From the NCBI GenBank assembly GCA_028534125.1, contig CM052816.1, forward strand, positions 76,696,001-76,760,000: DNA of 64,000 nt, read 5' to 3'. The position numbers and the translations under genes are program-made. Below the pieces are notes generated by a model, which was not told the DNA's origin, did not search any database, and saw only the letters and a program-made list of their open reading frames with translations. Numbering within the stretch: position 1 is the stretch's first letter; each line of letters opens with the position of its first letter. This DNA is from Lama glama (Eukaryota). Of this stretch, positions 1 to 12,908 are shown in pieces.

Positions 1-1010
1 TCAAAGTGTGCAGACTTCCAAACCTGAACTCTTAGCCACTGTACTTACCTTTACCCAAGATTAACTGTACAAGGAACTCTTAATTCTGTTCTGACTTGGT
101 TCCAAAGATAGGGAAAAGTTTTCTGGCTCAGAGCTTTATGGATCCTAGAAGTCCCACAGCATCCTTCCCAAGGGTTAAAAGCAATGATACGTGCACACTG
201 TCTGTAAATGCCTAACTGGTGTATACCTCCTCGAGGCCCCTAAGGCAGTGTCAGCATTTACAAGAAAATCTCCTAAGGACTCCTTTTCAGTGTGTGCTAA
301 CATAGCTTCATTTCCCCCAATTAAATAGGCTGCAAAAATCTTACTGTCGACTCAACTTGGCCTTCACGGAATAGAATAAGCCTTCCTGAAAGCATAGGAG
401 CTCAGGCAGTCAGAGGAGAAGAGCTTTACATCAACCATTTGTGGCAACATCCCTTATTCCCAAAAGGCTACTTTGAAGATAGTGGTGAAGGCTGTTGGCT
501 GCCCTCTTGGACTCTGAGATCTGCCTTAGAGGTTAATATTTCACATGTCCTAATTCAGTGTCTCCGCTGAGACAGACCTAAAGTTCCAAAGGACAAGGAG
601 GCACATTCTCTGACCAGTACAAAGTACTGGCCACTCTAGCAAGGCTGTTTGTGCTGCTTTGTTCTGGATTCTCCTTAACTCCTTTCCCTGTGTCTATTTT
701 ATGCAGCTCTTTCTGAAAAGTTAACTGGTATGTGAAAGTCAACAGGGTTCTGACTTTGAAAACAGCTTCTAAAATACAGGTTAAAATCAGTGGAATTAAA
801 AAAAAAAAGGATAAAAGCATCAACATAAATAATAGGAAAGGAAGCACAGCTCACATTCAGTTTGAGCCCAGCGCCTTACTTGTGATTGATCTTGGGTTAC
901 TGAGTCCACTTCAATATTCCTCAGAGACACGTTCTTTCTCATAGAGCTGCCAGGATAAGGGCTTGGTAGGTTAGGTGTTTGTCCCATTCCCCTTAACATT
1001 AAAGACGAGC

Positions 1011-1115
1011 GGGGGGTATAGCTCAGTGGTAGAGCACGTGCTTGGCATATGAAAGATCCTGGGTTCAATCCCCAGTGCCTCCGTTAAGAAAAAACTTTAA
1101 AAATTAAAAATAAAA
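1011..1115 (+). mobile_element. tRNA-derived SINE (camelid vic-1 type)
   Basis: GGGGGGTATAGCTCAGTGGTAGAGCAC (A box)...GGGTTCAATCCC (B box), then A-rich tail. Confidence 0.88.
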
Positions 1116-2924
1116 GCAGGTTCTCTACCATTTGTGGAATGGGGCTACTGTTAAATAAGTCCTTAACTCAAGTTATTCCCTTTACCAGCATTGAGACAGA
1201 CCAGGAGAATTCCTCTCTGCTCAGAGTAATAGGGAAAAAAGGTAGACTGGGACGGAGGTGGTGAACACGTGGCACGATACCACTTTAGAACCCTGTAATA
1301 GTATCATTGCAGATAAGAAGCATTCCTACCGATGGAAAAGATAAGCATGAACAAGGAGGCACCAGTCAAACGTGTCCCTACGCAAATCGCCCCTATTCTG
1401 AGTATTCCAGGGTTCTAAATTCTTGCCTGAATCCCTTTAAGTACTCAATGAACTACAGCAGATTTTTCTTTCTAGTGCAAAGGACATAGTCATCCTAAGA
1501 TGATTCATACAGTCTTCTGGTATACGTTTTCTCAGAGCCTTCTCAGAAACCTAAAAAAAAAAAGGTTGCACAATCTCTCCTGGTCATCTGATTCCTGTGC
1601 CGTGGAAAGGGGAAGTCCTCACATTTTTTCAGGGTGATTTGTATTAATTCCAAGATCCAAGTTAGATATCTTCACTCAAATGCAGCTAATTTCATTGACT
1701 TAGCAGAGTTTCTTTTACAACTTCCTATTCTATATTAGGCTTAAGGGGTCAAGAATATGCAATACCCTAGATACTCATCTGTTTCTGTATGTATCTTTCT
1801 TATTTCTCTTCTCAAGCTTCTATAGAAGGAAACTGCTGGTTCCTAAGAAGTAGAATAACAAACCAGCTAGGTTTAGATGGGAAGCTGTTCGTGTGACTTT
1901 TTGTCTATGTTTTTGAATTTTGCTTTGTAATCCCTCTTTTACGGTAATAACCCTTGTGTGTGCTTCCTCATTAATTTTTAGTCTTGTTCAGAGGAGTCCC
2001 TGGGACTTAAGCCCAATGAGTGAAAAGGACTATCCTTGCTGGTTGTCCTACACCCACTTGTCCCTGTTTATTTTAAATAAAAAAGGCCTTTTACCTCACT
2101 AGAGCTATAAAACAGACCCCAGAGCTTAATGAAATCTAGACACGTTATTCAACCATGCCCTCGTTTGGGAACGTAGTCATGGGAAATGGTAGAGCATCTT
2201 TTGGCCCTCAGGTCCCTTTTTCAGGCCCAAATCCTTTGCAAAACCCAACTGATTATAAAACCTGCTGAGGGTTTTATGAGCACAGTTGACGATTCTGTAA
2301 CATTGTTGGAAGGATTATGTATTTGAATTTTAAATGTTGGATTTAAGTTGATTATTTCTACAGAGGGACTTAGGTCTGGAAGCAAGACTTCTTCCAGCTA
2401 CATTTCAAATGGTAACTCGGGATGGGAACTTTCAAATGGGAAAGTTTGCGATGAGAGATTTTCTTTTTGAAACTCGGGAGAAAGGTGAGTGTTTATCACT
2501 CTGGTATATACATAACTGGATGTACAATTCTGTTAAAATTTTTCAATAAACCTTTAACATTTCCTTACAAAGGGGTTTATCTTTGAGTCTTGGGGCCTAT
2601 GGGCAGAATCTACCTTCCAGTCATTTCAGGGAACATAGATACTTTTTAAGTTGTGTGGCCCACGATGCAGACCTGCCCTTGGCTATTACGAACCAACATA
2701 CTCAGCCCTTTTCTTTGAAGAATATGCTAAAATGCTGAAGAAACCTTTTCTCCCTATTTTTTTCCCTCTTGACCCCTATAACTGCTCATCCCCAAACAGT
2801 GAAAGGATATAGTCAAACGGTACCAAGTATCTTAAAGCAGTTCCAATGCTGTAAAAAGTTGGACTTCAGTGTCTAAAGAGAGAAGCTTTTGCTGTAAAAC
2901 CAAGGTAGTACCATTCATTTTATT

Positions 2925-3618
2925 TATTTCTTTTATTTTTAGGGGGTGTTTTTGATATGAATTGCTTTTGTTTTATTGGAGTATGGTTACTTTACAATGT
3001 TGTGTCAATTTCTGGTGTACAGTATAATGTTTCAGTCATGTACGTACATACATACATATATTCCTTTTCATATTCTTTTTCATTTTAGGTTACTATAAGA
3101 TATTGAATATATTTCCCTGTGCTATACAGTATAAACTTGTTGTTTTTCTATTTTATATATATAGTGGTTAGTATCTGCAAGTCTCAAACTCCCATTTTAT
3201 CCCCTCACACCCCTTTTTCCCCTGGTAAACATGAGTTTGTTTTCTATGTCTGGAGTTTGTTTCTGTTTTGTGAATAAGTTCATTTGTGTCTTTTTTTTTT
3301 TTTTGAGATTCCACACATGAGTGATGTCATATGGTATTTTCCTTTCTCCTTCTGGCTTACTTCACTTAGAATGATAATCTCCAGGTCCATCCACGTTACT
3401 GCAAATGGCATTATTTTATTCTTTTTATGGCTGAGTAGTATTCCATTGTATAAATATACCACAGCTTCTTTATCCAGTCATCTGTCAATGGACATTTAGG
3501 TTGTTTCCATGTCTTGGCTATTGTCAATAGTGCTGCTTTTGAGCATTGGGATGCATGTAACTTTTCAAATTAGAGTTCCCTCTGGATATATGCCCAAGAG
3601 TGGGATTGCTGGATCATA
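2925..3618 (-). mobile_element. 5'-truncated LINE-1 (3' end of ORF2 region plus 3'UTR)
   Basis: Minus ORF 3280-3462 (...KNKIMPFAVTWMDLEIIILSEVSQKEK...) is typical L1 3'-end sequence; T-rich tail on the left; imperfect TSD CATTCATTTTA / CACTCATTTTA. Confidence 0.9.
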
Positions 3619-4835
3619 CACTCATTTTAGAACTCTTACATTTGGCCCAGTCTGCTGACACTATATTTGATACCTATTTCTGAGTTAAGAGGTTGTCACA
3701 TCTTGTATCACTTTTATGACTAAACCACACACCACCATTCCCTCTCCCAAGCCCCCTCAGAGTGCTTTGTGGGTGGCACTTCTCAAATTTCTTTAAAATA
3801 CTCTCACTTTAGATTAAAATTTGCCGTATTTAATGAGCTAAGTCTTTTCTTGTCAGAAATAATATCCTACAGAAAAGTAAGATATCAGGCTTCAAAGATG
3901 AGCAACAAACTCTTATGCCAGGTTGCTTTCCAGCCAGAAATGGAGAGGAGGTAGAGAAAGTCTTTGGGGACAAATAGTAGCTGGGATGGGTAGGAATATG
4001 GGAGAGAGGAGCTCTGCTAATTTGAAAAGGGAAGGAGTGAAAAACAAAGAGTTTTTTAAAAGAAATGGGAAATACTTAAGAGTCTCACATATAAAATGAA
4101 AAAGTCTGTCTTTGTCCTAAATCTAAGGGAGCCCAAAGGTTAAGTAGGGGAAGCTTCCAACATTATTTTAAATTTAGAGGAACTTCATCATTAAAAAAAA
4201 AAATTCAGATTATCCCAATTCAACAAATACAAGCCATGGACTGGAGCCTCAAATTTGCCATGGGAGCAAAACATGGGGGTAGAGGGGTGCACAAAAATGT
4301 ATAGGGGATTCTGATGCATGTAGTCAGATGCCCCAAATGAATGAAAGCAAGATGGTTGGATTTGGTCAGGAGAGCCACCAGCCATTGGATTTGACTTTCT
4401 GAGACTAGATTTGAGATGAACAGTCCTCTGGGGAAGGGAATATGAGAAGGCAGAGGGAAGATGACCAATCAATTTTAGATGTTTAGATCATGAGATGATA
4501 ACCAGAGGATGACAGGGTCACACTGAAGTGTTTCCCTTAGTTCTAAGATGAGATAAGCAACTAACATAGGGAAGTGTCCACTGGGGAGAAGGTGAGGATG
4601 CAGGAGGTGAATGTTGATGTGTCTCCTTAGATCAGAGCATAGTCTCACCTCCTGATGTTGTTCACATGGGTAAATATCCTCTTGATTTGGACTAAATTGT
4701 CTAAAATTGACAAAATTATTTTTGGCTTCTTAAAATTAGAAGAGTATGGTTAGGACTAGGAGATTCATCATGTTACCAAGAAATAAATCTTAGGAACCAG
4801 TGAGACCAATCAAGGCACACAAAGTAGAGGTGTGG

Positions 4836-5275
4836 TGTCACTTTCCGAGGGCAGCCATAGGCAAATGATGCAACACGGGGTTGCCTGAAACAACAGAGAT
4901 TTATTGTCTCACAGTCCTGGAGGCCCACGGCCCCAGATCAAAATGTCATCAGGGTTTACTCCTTCTAGAGTCTCTGAGGGAAAATTTGTTCTCTGTCTCT
5001 CTCTCAACGTCTGGTGAACATTGGCAATCCTTGGCATTCCTGATTTGTACAGGTGTCTGTCCAATCTCCGCCTTTGTCTTCACATCACCTCTTCCATGTG
5101 TCTCCCTTGCATTTCCTTTATAATGACATTTGCTATGGGATTTAGGACCCTCCTTAAATCTAGGATGATCCCAACTCAAGATCCTTAACTTAATGACAAT
5201 TGCAAATGCCCTTTTTTCAAATAAGGTCACATTCAAAGGTTAAGGGTTTAGGACTCAGGACATATCTTTTTCTGG
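4836..5275. mobile_element. MLT1-family (ERVL-MaLR) solo LTR
   Basis: AAACAACAGAGATTTATTGTCTCACAGTCCTGGAGG...AAATAAGGTCACATTC hallmark blocks. Confidence 0.8.
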
Positions 5276-6624
5276 GTGGGGAGTGGGCACTGTAGGTATA
5301 TACTAGAGCATCTCTGTAACTAGCATGAGGCTTTGCATATGACATTCATTAGTGGAGTGTTTGAGGAGCTCTGACTTGCAGCCAGACAGCCTGGGTTGGA
5401 GACCTGGTTTCAACTTAGCAGCTGTGTTGTTTAAAACCTCTGTGCCTTGGCTTTCCCTCTGGAAAAGTGAAATAATACTGTATCATAATACTCGTAGGGT
5501 TACCATGAATATTCTGGAGTTGGTGCTGCTAAAGGGCTAATAGTGCCTGGCCCCCAACTAAGGCTTGAGTAAACAGGTCTTAGAGTCCTCTATGGTCTTT
5601 CCCTGTAGGTAGATCATCTCCCTGGCTGCCTACCAGTCAGGTGTCTTTGAGCAAAATTAACTACTGAATCTTCAAATGAAATAATTCAGATAACATTAAC
5701 CGTATGTATTTGTGTATGTGTGTATTTTTTAAAACTATTAAGATTTGTAAAGACTGTTGAAAGACTCCTGGGTGAAGCGATTAAGTGCTGACCTTCAGGA
5801 AAACATGTTGATGTTTAGGAAAGAAGATAAGTACCATTTAAGCTGACTGAGCGAAAACTTGAGGCTTACTTTTTATCCTTTAAACATCTAACAAATAGCG
5901 TGTATTGCCTTGCCATGTGGTGCCCTTGGTCCTTGAATTTAAAATCTCAAATAAATGGGTGCTGTAGGCAGAGAACTAAGAGAGCTTTGGGGGTGGGAGG
6001 AGCGTACTAGCCCATGGTGGTCTTAACAGGAGTAACCCTGTGAATGGCTGGTCTTCGCCTTTGCTCTTCAGTCCATGCAGCAAGCTCACGTTCCCTAGCT
6101 CTCTCAGGAGCTCAGTAGGGATTGTGACGCCTGGGAGGTGAAAGGACCTTTTGAAATGTTAGTGCACTTCTGCGTGCTTGCAGTGACTTAGCTTTTTTCT
6201 GTTTCACTTACCACGATTCATGGGGGAGCTTTAGGAGAGCACATCCCACAACTGTTTTGAGGATAATAATGCTGAGTAATAGAATGAAGTTTGGACCTTC
6301 AATGAGACACCCCATAAATCCCTTCTTTCCCTGATACGTGTAAGTGTTAGGGTCAAAAAATGGATGTCTTTTCAAATATAGTGCTCAGATTGCCCTGGAA
6401 ATCATATGCAGAATCCTAACATTGAAAAAAAAGTATTTATCAATATGAATAAGATAAAAATTCATCACTCTATGCATCACTGTCCATATAGTTCAGTGAT
6501 TTTTTGAAGAACCAGAATTTTTAATGTCCAGTTTCAGAGGCCGGTTGCAATCTTCTGAGGCTCAACATTTAATTTATTTCAACTTTGCTATGAAACTTTG
6601 TTTCTCTATGTGTGACATGTCTTT

Positions 6625-6902
6625 GTCTGTTTGTTTTGTTTTGTTTTCCTTTTTCAGTTTTCTCAGGTAGAATTATTACAGTTTGACTGCACATATACAT
6701 TATACTGCATGTAAATACATATACACAATATACTGCACATATTTTTTTTAGTTTATATGTATGTACTGATCGTTGTTTCTAAGAACAGATTAAAGTTTTA
6801 CCTTTTTTAACTTACATAGTTATCAAAGGAATAAAGCCAACCACAAAATAAGAATCAACAGAATGCAGTAATCCAATCATAAAGGACAGTCAAATGTGCT
6901 TA
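6625..6902 (-). mobile_element. TSD-flanked retro-insertion of unidentified origin
   Basis: 18-bp direct repeat TATGTGTGACATGTCTTT at 6607-6624 and 6903-6920; degraded T-tract at the left end. Confidence 0.75.
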
Positions 6903-6989
6903 TATGTGTGACATGTCTTTTATACTAGATTTTTATGCCAAAGTTGCAACATGAATTTCTTAGCTAGATAATAATGTTATTTAAGAAAA

Positions 6990-7180
6990 AAATTTTATTG
7001 TGGTAGAGTTGATTTACAACATGATATAAATTTCAGGGGTACAACATTAGTGATTGACATTTTGAAAGATTATACTCTATTTATAGTTATTATAAAATAT
7101 TGGCTATGTTCCCTGTGCTGTACAATATATCCTTGCAGCTGATGTATTTTATACATCGTCATTTGTACCTATAATCCCAT
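6990..7180 (-). mobile_element. LINE-1 3'-end fragment
   Basis: TTTTATTGTGGTAGAGTTGATTTACAAC...TTCCCTGTGCTGTACAATATATCCTTG typical of laurasiatherian L1 3'UTR. Confidence 0.75.
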
Positions 7181-7517
7181 TAGACATTACCAGATATCAA
7201 TTCCTCAGAGAAAAATCTGGTAAACATCCCCTTTTCATTTTAGAAGGAAACAGTCCTACCCACTCCCCTGCTGTCAGAGTTCAGTCTCATGGAGAAGAAA
7301 GAACACAATGACTCTGAAGAACCACAGTCACAAATCACTGGTTGTTGCCCATTAGGATATAAAGCCTGGGTCTGCTGTGTTATGATCTCATTACGCCTCT
7401 ACCCTCTGCCCACAGGTGTCTGGAGCAGGTTATGTTTGTTTGAGACGTCTCCAGTGGGGATCGCCTGGTGTCAGTGAGCGTCTGCTGGTGCTGGAGTTTG
7501 CTGTCTGCCTTCTTGCC

Positions 7518-7608
7518 ATGTCTAACGAAGTAGAAACGAGTGCAACTAATGGTCAGCCTGACCAGCAGGCCGCGCCAAAGGCACCGTCAAAGAAGGAAAA
7601 GAAGAAAG
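7518..7608 (+). CDS. DAB2: DAB2 first coding exon (exon 2); exon probably starts at 7416 with 5'UTR
   Basis: GCCATG at 7518 encodes MSNEVETSATNGQPDQQAAPKAPSKKEKKK, the DAB2 N-terminus; acceptor CCCACAG ends 7415; donor AG|GTATGG after 7608; 91 coding nt. Confidence 0.97.
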
Positions 7609-8576
7609 GTATGGAGAGGTCCTCTTGAGGCCAATGAGGGGAGCTAGTGGTGGTTACCAGTGAAGATGTGAAGTTCGAGGCAAAGTAAGAGCTGGCCCTT
7701 GCCTTGATTTAATCTCAGCCAAGTCTCAGGTTCTCCTAAACAGGAAAGTACGACTTTGACAAAGGAGACTGGTTCAATCTATATATGATAAGACAGATCT
7801 CTGAACCCCGTGACTGCACCAACTTACTGGGAAGCTTTCATAAATCTTGTTCAACTGGGAAATGCAGCAGTCAAGTATTACATCATTATCTTTCAGTAGC
7901 CTCTTTACCACCTTGCTTTACTGAAGCAGCTGTTTGGTAAAAATCAAGACTTTCATGAGACCGTCTTGTTTTGTTCCAAAGTACCACTGAAAGTGCCACC
8001 ATCCTTAATCACTCATAGTTTGAGAATATGCCATAATTTCCTTGCCTTTAATGTCCACACTTTAGAAATGGAAATGAGACTACACAGATCTTTTAAGAGA
8101 AGCAAAAGACATTATAAAGCTGGAATAATTATCTTAACGATTTTCAAGGGAATTTACCCATAATTCTCTTCTGCTTTATTGACCATTGAAAAATTTTAGT
8201 AAATAGTGCAGTGGCTTATTTTTCTTTCATTAAAAAATAAGTATTATCATCCTTATATTCTTTTTAAAAAATATTTTTTAAACTATGATGAAGAATATCC
8301 CCCAATCCCACCTCACGTTAAGTTTCCCATAACTCAGTCCATTCTGTATCTTTAAGAGTTTATTTTCTCTCCGCCCCAACTCCATACATAGTATCACAAA
8401 GTATGGTTTTGCTCAAAGGAAATGAGGATAAAGGTAGAATATTGCATATTTGATCACCTGTAGTATCGTTGAGATTTCTACTGCTCAGATTTGGAGATCT
8501 GGGAGCATATTTGGTCATACCTGGGACTATTTCAGTGCACTTAAAAACTTCATCGTCTATTTCTTTCCTTTCTCAG

Positions 8577-8716
8577 GCCCTGAAAAGACAGATGAGTATC
8601 TCTTGGCCAGATTCAAAGGTGATGGTGTGAAATACAAGGCCAAGCTGATCGGCATTGATGATGTGCCAGATGCAAGAGGGGATAAAATGAGCCAAGACTC
8701 TATGATGAAACTGAAG
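8577..8716 (+). CDS. DAB2: DAB2 exon 3, start of PTB/PID domain
   Basis: TTTCTCAG acceptor; (G)[46 protein letters not shown]; donor AAG|GTAGAA; 140 nt, phase-compatible. Confidence 0.97.
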
Positions 8717-9416
8717 GTAGAAGGGGGGAGTGTGCTTTGTCTCTATCGTAAATAAACGTCCGACAGAGGAAATGAAATGGGAAGTTTGTATTAACCTATG
8801 TCCCAGTGATTGGAAAGAAGAGCTTTTCTGATCACGTAACTGATCCAGCAGTGCCCCGATTTATGAGAAACCATCAGTTTGTTTGCTATTTTGCCCATTG
8901 CTTTAGAGACTTGATTTAATCAAGTATATCAGGACTCCAATGCCTTTTACTTTGAACAAACCACGTTTTAGAGCCTGGAGGTGTACAGATAAAATTCAGG
9001 ACTCTTTTTGGAAACTAGCATTCTTTAGTGTTAGCCCTTTGGATTTTTTTTTTCTTTCAATTTTTAAATTCTAATGCTGCTGCAATGTAAACCTAATTAA
9101 GGAAATAATACTGGTTAAATAAGACAAGGCCCAGAAGGAAGATGTTTGCAGATCTAGTCCAGTCTTCTTGTCTTTGCCAGTGACTATTCTGAGGCCAAGG
9201 GGATTGGAAGGACTTGTCCGAGTTCACATAGCTAACTAGTGATCTCCTGGCTCAATATCTTCTATTCTACTCCACTGTTTCTTATGAAAGATGCCTAATC
9301 CTTTCATGGATGGTAAACCAAGCTGAAAACAAAGCTGGCTGTCTTTTAAAACTTTGGAATCAGAAGCATCATAGGGTACTTGTAACTAATTTTTCTTGTT
9401 TTCCTAATTTTCTCAG

Positions 9417-9515
9417 GGAATGGCGGCGGCTGGCCGGTCTCAGGGACAACACAAACAGAGAATCTGGGTCAACATTTCTCTTTCCGGGATAAAAATAATT
9501 GATGAGAAAACTGGG
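9417..9515 (+). CDS. DAB2: DAB2 exon 4 (PTB domain)
   Basis: TTTCTCAG acceptor; GMAAAGRSQGQHKQRIWVNISLSGIKIIDEKTG; donor GGG|GTAAGA; 99 nt. Confidence 0.97.
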
Positions 9516-11184
9516 GTAAGAATTCACTTTCACTGACACCTTTCTGACCACCTGAGTCTGACACATAATTTGTGGCTGAAGTTTTAGCTCCTCCTTTTCC
9601 TTTTCAAAATTCTGTAGGAAAAAGAACAGTGCACATTACTGCACTTCTCCAGAAGTAACAGGCAGAAAACAGACAGGGTGGGCGGTGAGGAGTCAAGATA
9701 CTTTATTTTGAAATTGATTTCCTCTAATCGATGTAAAGCTCAAGACTGTAAACACAAGTATGCTGTAAATACCACTTGGGTATTTTCTGGACCGAGATAC
9801 ACAGCACTAGACTAGTCCTAACCCTGGCTTGTGACACTATCATACATCTATATGTGGGTCCCATCTTAATATATTGGTCACATGTGAACTTACTGGCTAA
9901 CGATACACCGACTATTATTTGCAATACATCTACCTTTTTTCCTCCTCTCTTTTCCCTTCCTCCTCACCCTACAGATGTAAGCTTGCTCATTGTTTTGGTG
10001 GGGGGTGGGTACTGTTGTTGTTCTATCATGAAAAACCTTGCTTATTTTTTCTTTGTTTGAGTCTCATCAAAAAGCTATCATAGTTCAAGTCTTCTGGGAT
10101 GTTTTTCTCTCCTCAGTGTAACGTCATACGATTCATCCACTTAGAGTGTTTTTCATTGCTGAACAATATTTCATCAAGATACTGTAGGGAAACCCCCAGT
10201 TACTTTTCTGCCCTTCCTAGAGGTTCCTGTATCTAAAATGCAGAATCATTGGTCAGACTTAGGGTGCCGGAGCCCTGGTACATGCTTGCTCCCCTTGCTG
10301 GTCCTCATGCACTCCAACGTCTCTTATCTTTCAACTCCTGTTTTCACAAGCCCACCCGAGACTGGTGGCAGGTTTCCCTCACAAGCAGTCTCTCATTCCC
10401 AAACCTTCTAAGATGCCCGTATAAACTTTTCAGGGCATTTGGAAACAAAAGCCAAGACAAATTTTAAACACTTAGAAATATCTCTGAAGAGTTGAGCCCT
10501 ACAGTTTACTTGAGAGGATCAAGAGAAAGTGGGGCAGGCAATCGAGGCGAAGGGACTGCCACACCAGTAAACCCCTGCTGCCTGAAACTCCTGGATAAGG
10601 ACGTGGACATCTGTGTGCGGTTGACAAACACTTGATGACAGCATTTGGTGACTTCCAGAACGTTCTGGGAATACTGAGTCGTGCCAATGATACTTAGAAT
10701 GGTGCTGTGGCCACTGTGAGCCATCGTCAAAGGGTCCTCGTGAACACTCCTCCAGCTTAGTTCTGCTGTTCACTTGAGCTTGTCTTTGAGGAGGGAAGGG
10801 AGACCTACTTGGAATGCTTAGAGGTTATATGCCCCGTCCTCACTTTAGGAATTCCTGGTCTCCTAATCCTCAGTCCTTCCTTGCTATGGGGCATCATATC
10901 TGTGGGACAGAGAGAATCAAGTACCAGTATTTCAAGCATCATTCTTCGCATTTTTGTTTTCTACTCTTTGTTGTTGGGTTTTTTTGTTTGTTTGTTTGTT
11001 TGTTTTCTTTGGAGCCCTTCCTGGCAAGGATATATGTAGCTGTAACTTTCCACCAGGAGTGAACAATTCTTTCTTTAAATGTTTTCGCCTTTTCACATAT
11101 GCCTAGGTATCTGATGCTTAGTTGTGCTAACCTACAAATAGATTCTAGTTTTCTCAATAAATTATTTTTATGCTCTTTTTTTAG

Positions 11185-11316
11185 GTAATAGAGCATGAAC
11201 ATCCAGTAAATAAGATTTCTTTCATTGCCCGTGATGTGACAGACAATCGGGCATTCGGTTATGTGTGTGGAGGAGAGGGCCAGCACCAGTTTTTTGCCAT
11301 AAAAACAGGACAACAG
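11185..11316 (+). CDS. DAB2: DAB2 exon 5 (PTB domain)
   Basis: TTTTTTTAG acceptor; [44 protein letters not shown]; donor CAG|GTAAGC; 132 nt. Confidence 0.97.
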
Positions 11317-11802
11317 GTAAGCTCTCAGCCTTGAGGAATACCTGGAGGGGGACTGGAGCATAACAGAGTCTGTCACTCAACTAGAGAGCTTGCTGGAAGA
11401 CAATTGGCTGTAGGAGGACTGAGCAATACTTCAGAGGACGGCTGTCTGTAATTGGTCTAAGGAATCTTTTTAAAATGTCATTGATACCCATGTAGTGTGT
11501 GGCACAAGGATTGTTAGCGTGGACTTTCTCATAAGGTCACTGCTGACTTTAGGACAATAGTGAATTATTGCCAGGAATCCTGAAGGGACTTGGAAAATTA
11601 TCATGATGCATCTTGTTTTATCCACATCCTTTATGAATCTGGGGGTGGGGATGGAGGTGGTGGTGATGTTCCACAACCAGAGGAGGGTAGCAAGGAGCTT
11701 TAAGAGAAAGGAAGAAAACGGTAGTAATCAGAACTGATAGGGGACAAAAGGAAGAAAATAGTCAGATTAAAATGCTGATAAAGATGCTTTCTCTTGCTTC
11801 AG

Positions 11803-11883
11803 GCTGAGCCATTAGTCGTTGATCTTAAAGACCTTTTCCAAGTTATCTATAATGTAAAGAAAAAGGAAGAAGAAAAGAAAAAG
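11803..11883 (+). CDS. DAB2: DAB2 exon 6 (end of PTB domain), GC donor
   Basis: TTGCTTCAG acceptor; AEPLVVDLKDLFQVIYNVKKKEEEKKK; donor AAG|GCAAGT; 81 nt. Confidence 0.93.
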
Positions 11884-12318
11884 GCAAGTACTACTCAACA
11901 CAGGCTCTATTAAACTTAACACAATATTCAAGACCGTGTCTGAACATTATATGAACAGGTGGCCTGTCTGGAGAGTTGGCTTCTCTGTGACTCTTCAAAG
12001 TATAGAAAGTGTAGAAATGCATTGTCATTCTTAACAGGGATGTTCCAGTTAGGCCCTTCTGATTTCTAGTCCCTGACACTTGCTTTTTCTCCCTACAAGC
12101 TTCACACTGATTCCAAGGACAATACAGGACTACCCAGCCCAGTAACTGTATTCAAATCCAGTGTTGATATGAAAGTGGGAGGGGAACGTAGGGCAGAAAA
12201 AATTCGCAAGATGCTCTCTTGCTTTATGCCCATGAACCCAAAGGTATATTTGTTTCTTTATTTAACTCGCTCTAACTGTTATTTACTAAGATCATTGAAT
12301 TTGTGTCTTTCTCTTTAG

Positions 12319-12345
12319 ATGGAAGAAGCCAACAAAGCAGTAGAG
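12319..12345 (+). CDS. DAB2: DAB2 exon 7, 27-nt microexon
   Basis: CTCTTTAG acceptor; MEEANKAVE; donor GAG|GTAAAA; phase 0-0. Confidence 0.88.
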
Positions 12346-12587
12346 GTAAAACAGCATCTTTACTTCTGGTGAATTGCACGTGTGATGTGTGTAAGCCCTT
12401 GTTGGCCACCTGCCCGAGCATGCTTCCCTCCTGGTTTATTACTACGTGTTCATGACCAATCTGATCATAGAAGATGTACGGTTGAATGATTAGTGCCCAA
12501 ATCATAACTGCTTAGCAAGTCAGTACACTAGGAAATTGTGTAGGAAAAACTCACCAACTAAACCTTTACCATTTGCCGTCTTTTCAG

Positions 12588-12641
12588 AATGGGAGTGAGC
12601 CCCTAATGAATCTTGATGACCAAGCTTGCAAACTGAAACTG
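12588..12641 (+). CDS. DAB2: DAB2 exon 8
   Basis: TCTTTTCAG acceptor; NGSEPLMNLDDQACKLKL; donor CTG|GTATGT; 54 nt. Confidence 0.9.
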
Positions 12642-12847
12642 GTATGTATGTGATTTTTTATGATTCTTACTTACCTTAACACAGGTTCTACTTCCTAAAA
12701 ATGTTGCTCAGCCAAATCTGTATTGAATCTGTATGAGAATCCAATTGTGACAACTCTTTCCCTAAACAGTAGTATAATATTTATGTTAATATACAAAGTA
12801 ATCTTTTAAATAAACACTTCTAAATCTAATCCAAATACTTTTTTAAG

Positions 12848-12908
12848 AGTGTGGATCAGATGAATTTGTTTGAGGACGTCTACACTTCATGACCTAAATA
12901 ACCTAATA
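12848..12908 (+). pseudogene. Decayed duplicate (pseudo-exon) of DAB2 exon 9
   Basis: Same TACTTTTTTAAG acceptor; AGTGTGGATCAGATGAATTTGTTTGAGGAC--GTCTACACTTCATGACCTAAATA aligns to exon 9 GGTGTTGACCAGATGGATTTGTTTGGGGACATGTCTACACCTCCTGACCTAAGTA; 2-nt deletion, TGA, no GT donor at the equivalent position. Confidence 0.9.

Noticed and set aside
1011..1082. tRNA gene candidates (also 35079, 37702, 47467, 29866, 55012, 55653)
   Set aside because: tRNA-like heads are followed by A-rich tails, often with TSDs, and recur as diverged copies: these are SINEs, not tRNA genes.
3280..3499. Short ORFs on both strands as independent genes
   Set aside because: LINE-1 3'-end remnant.
10939..11376. 145-aa antisense ORF across DAB2 exon 5
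   Set aside because: Antisense shadow of a coding exon plus a TTTG repeat; no protein-like signal.
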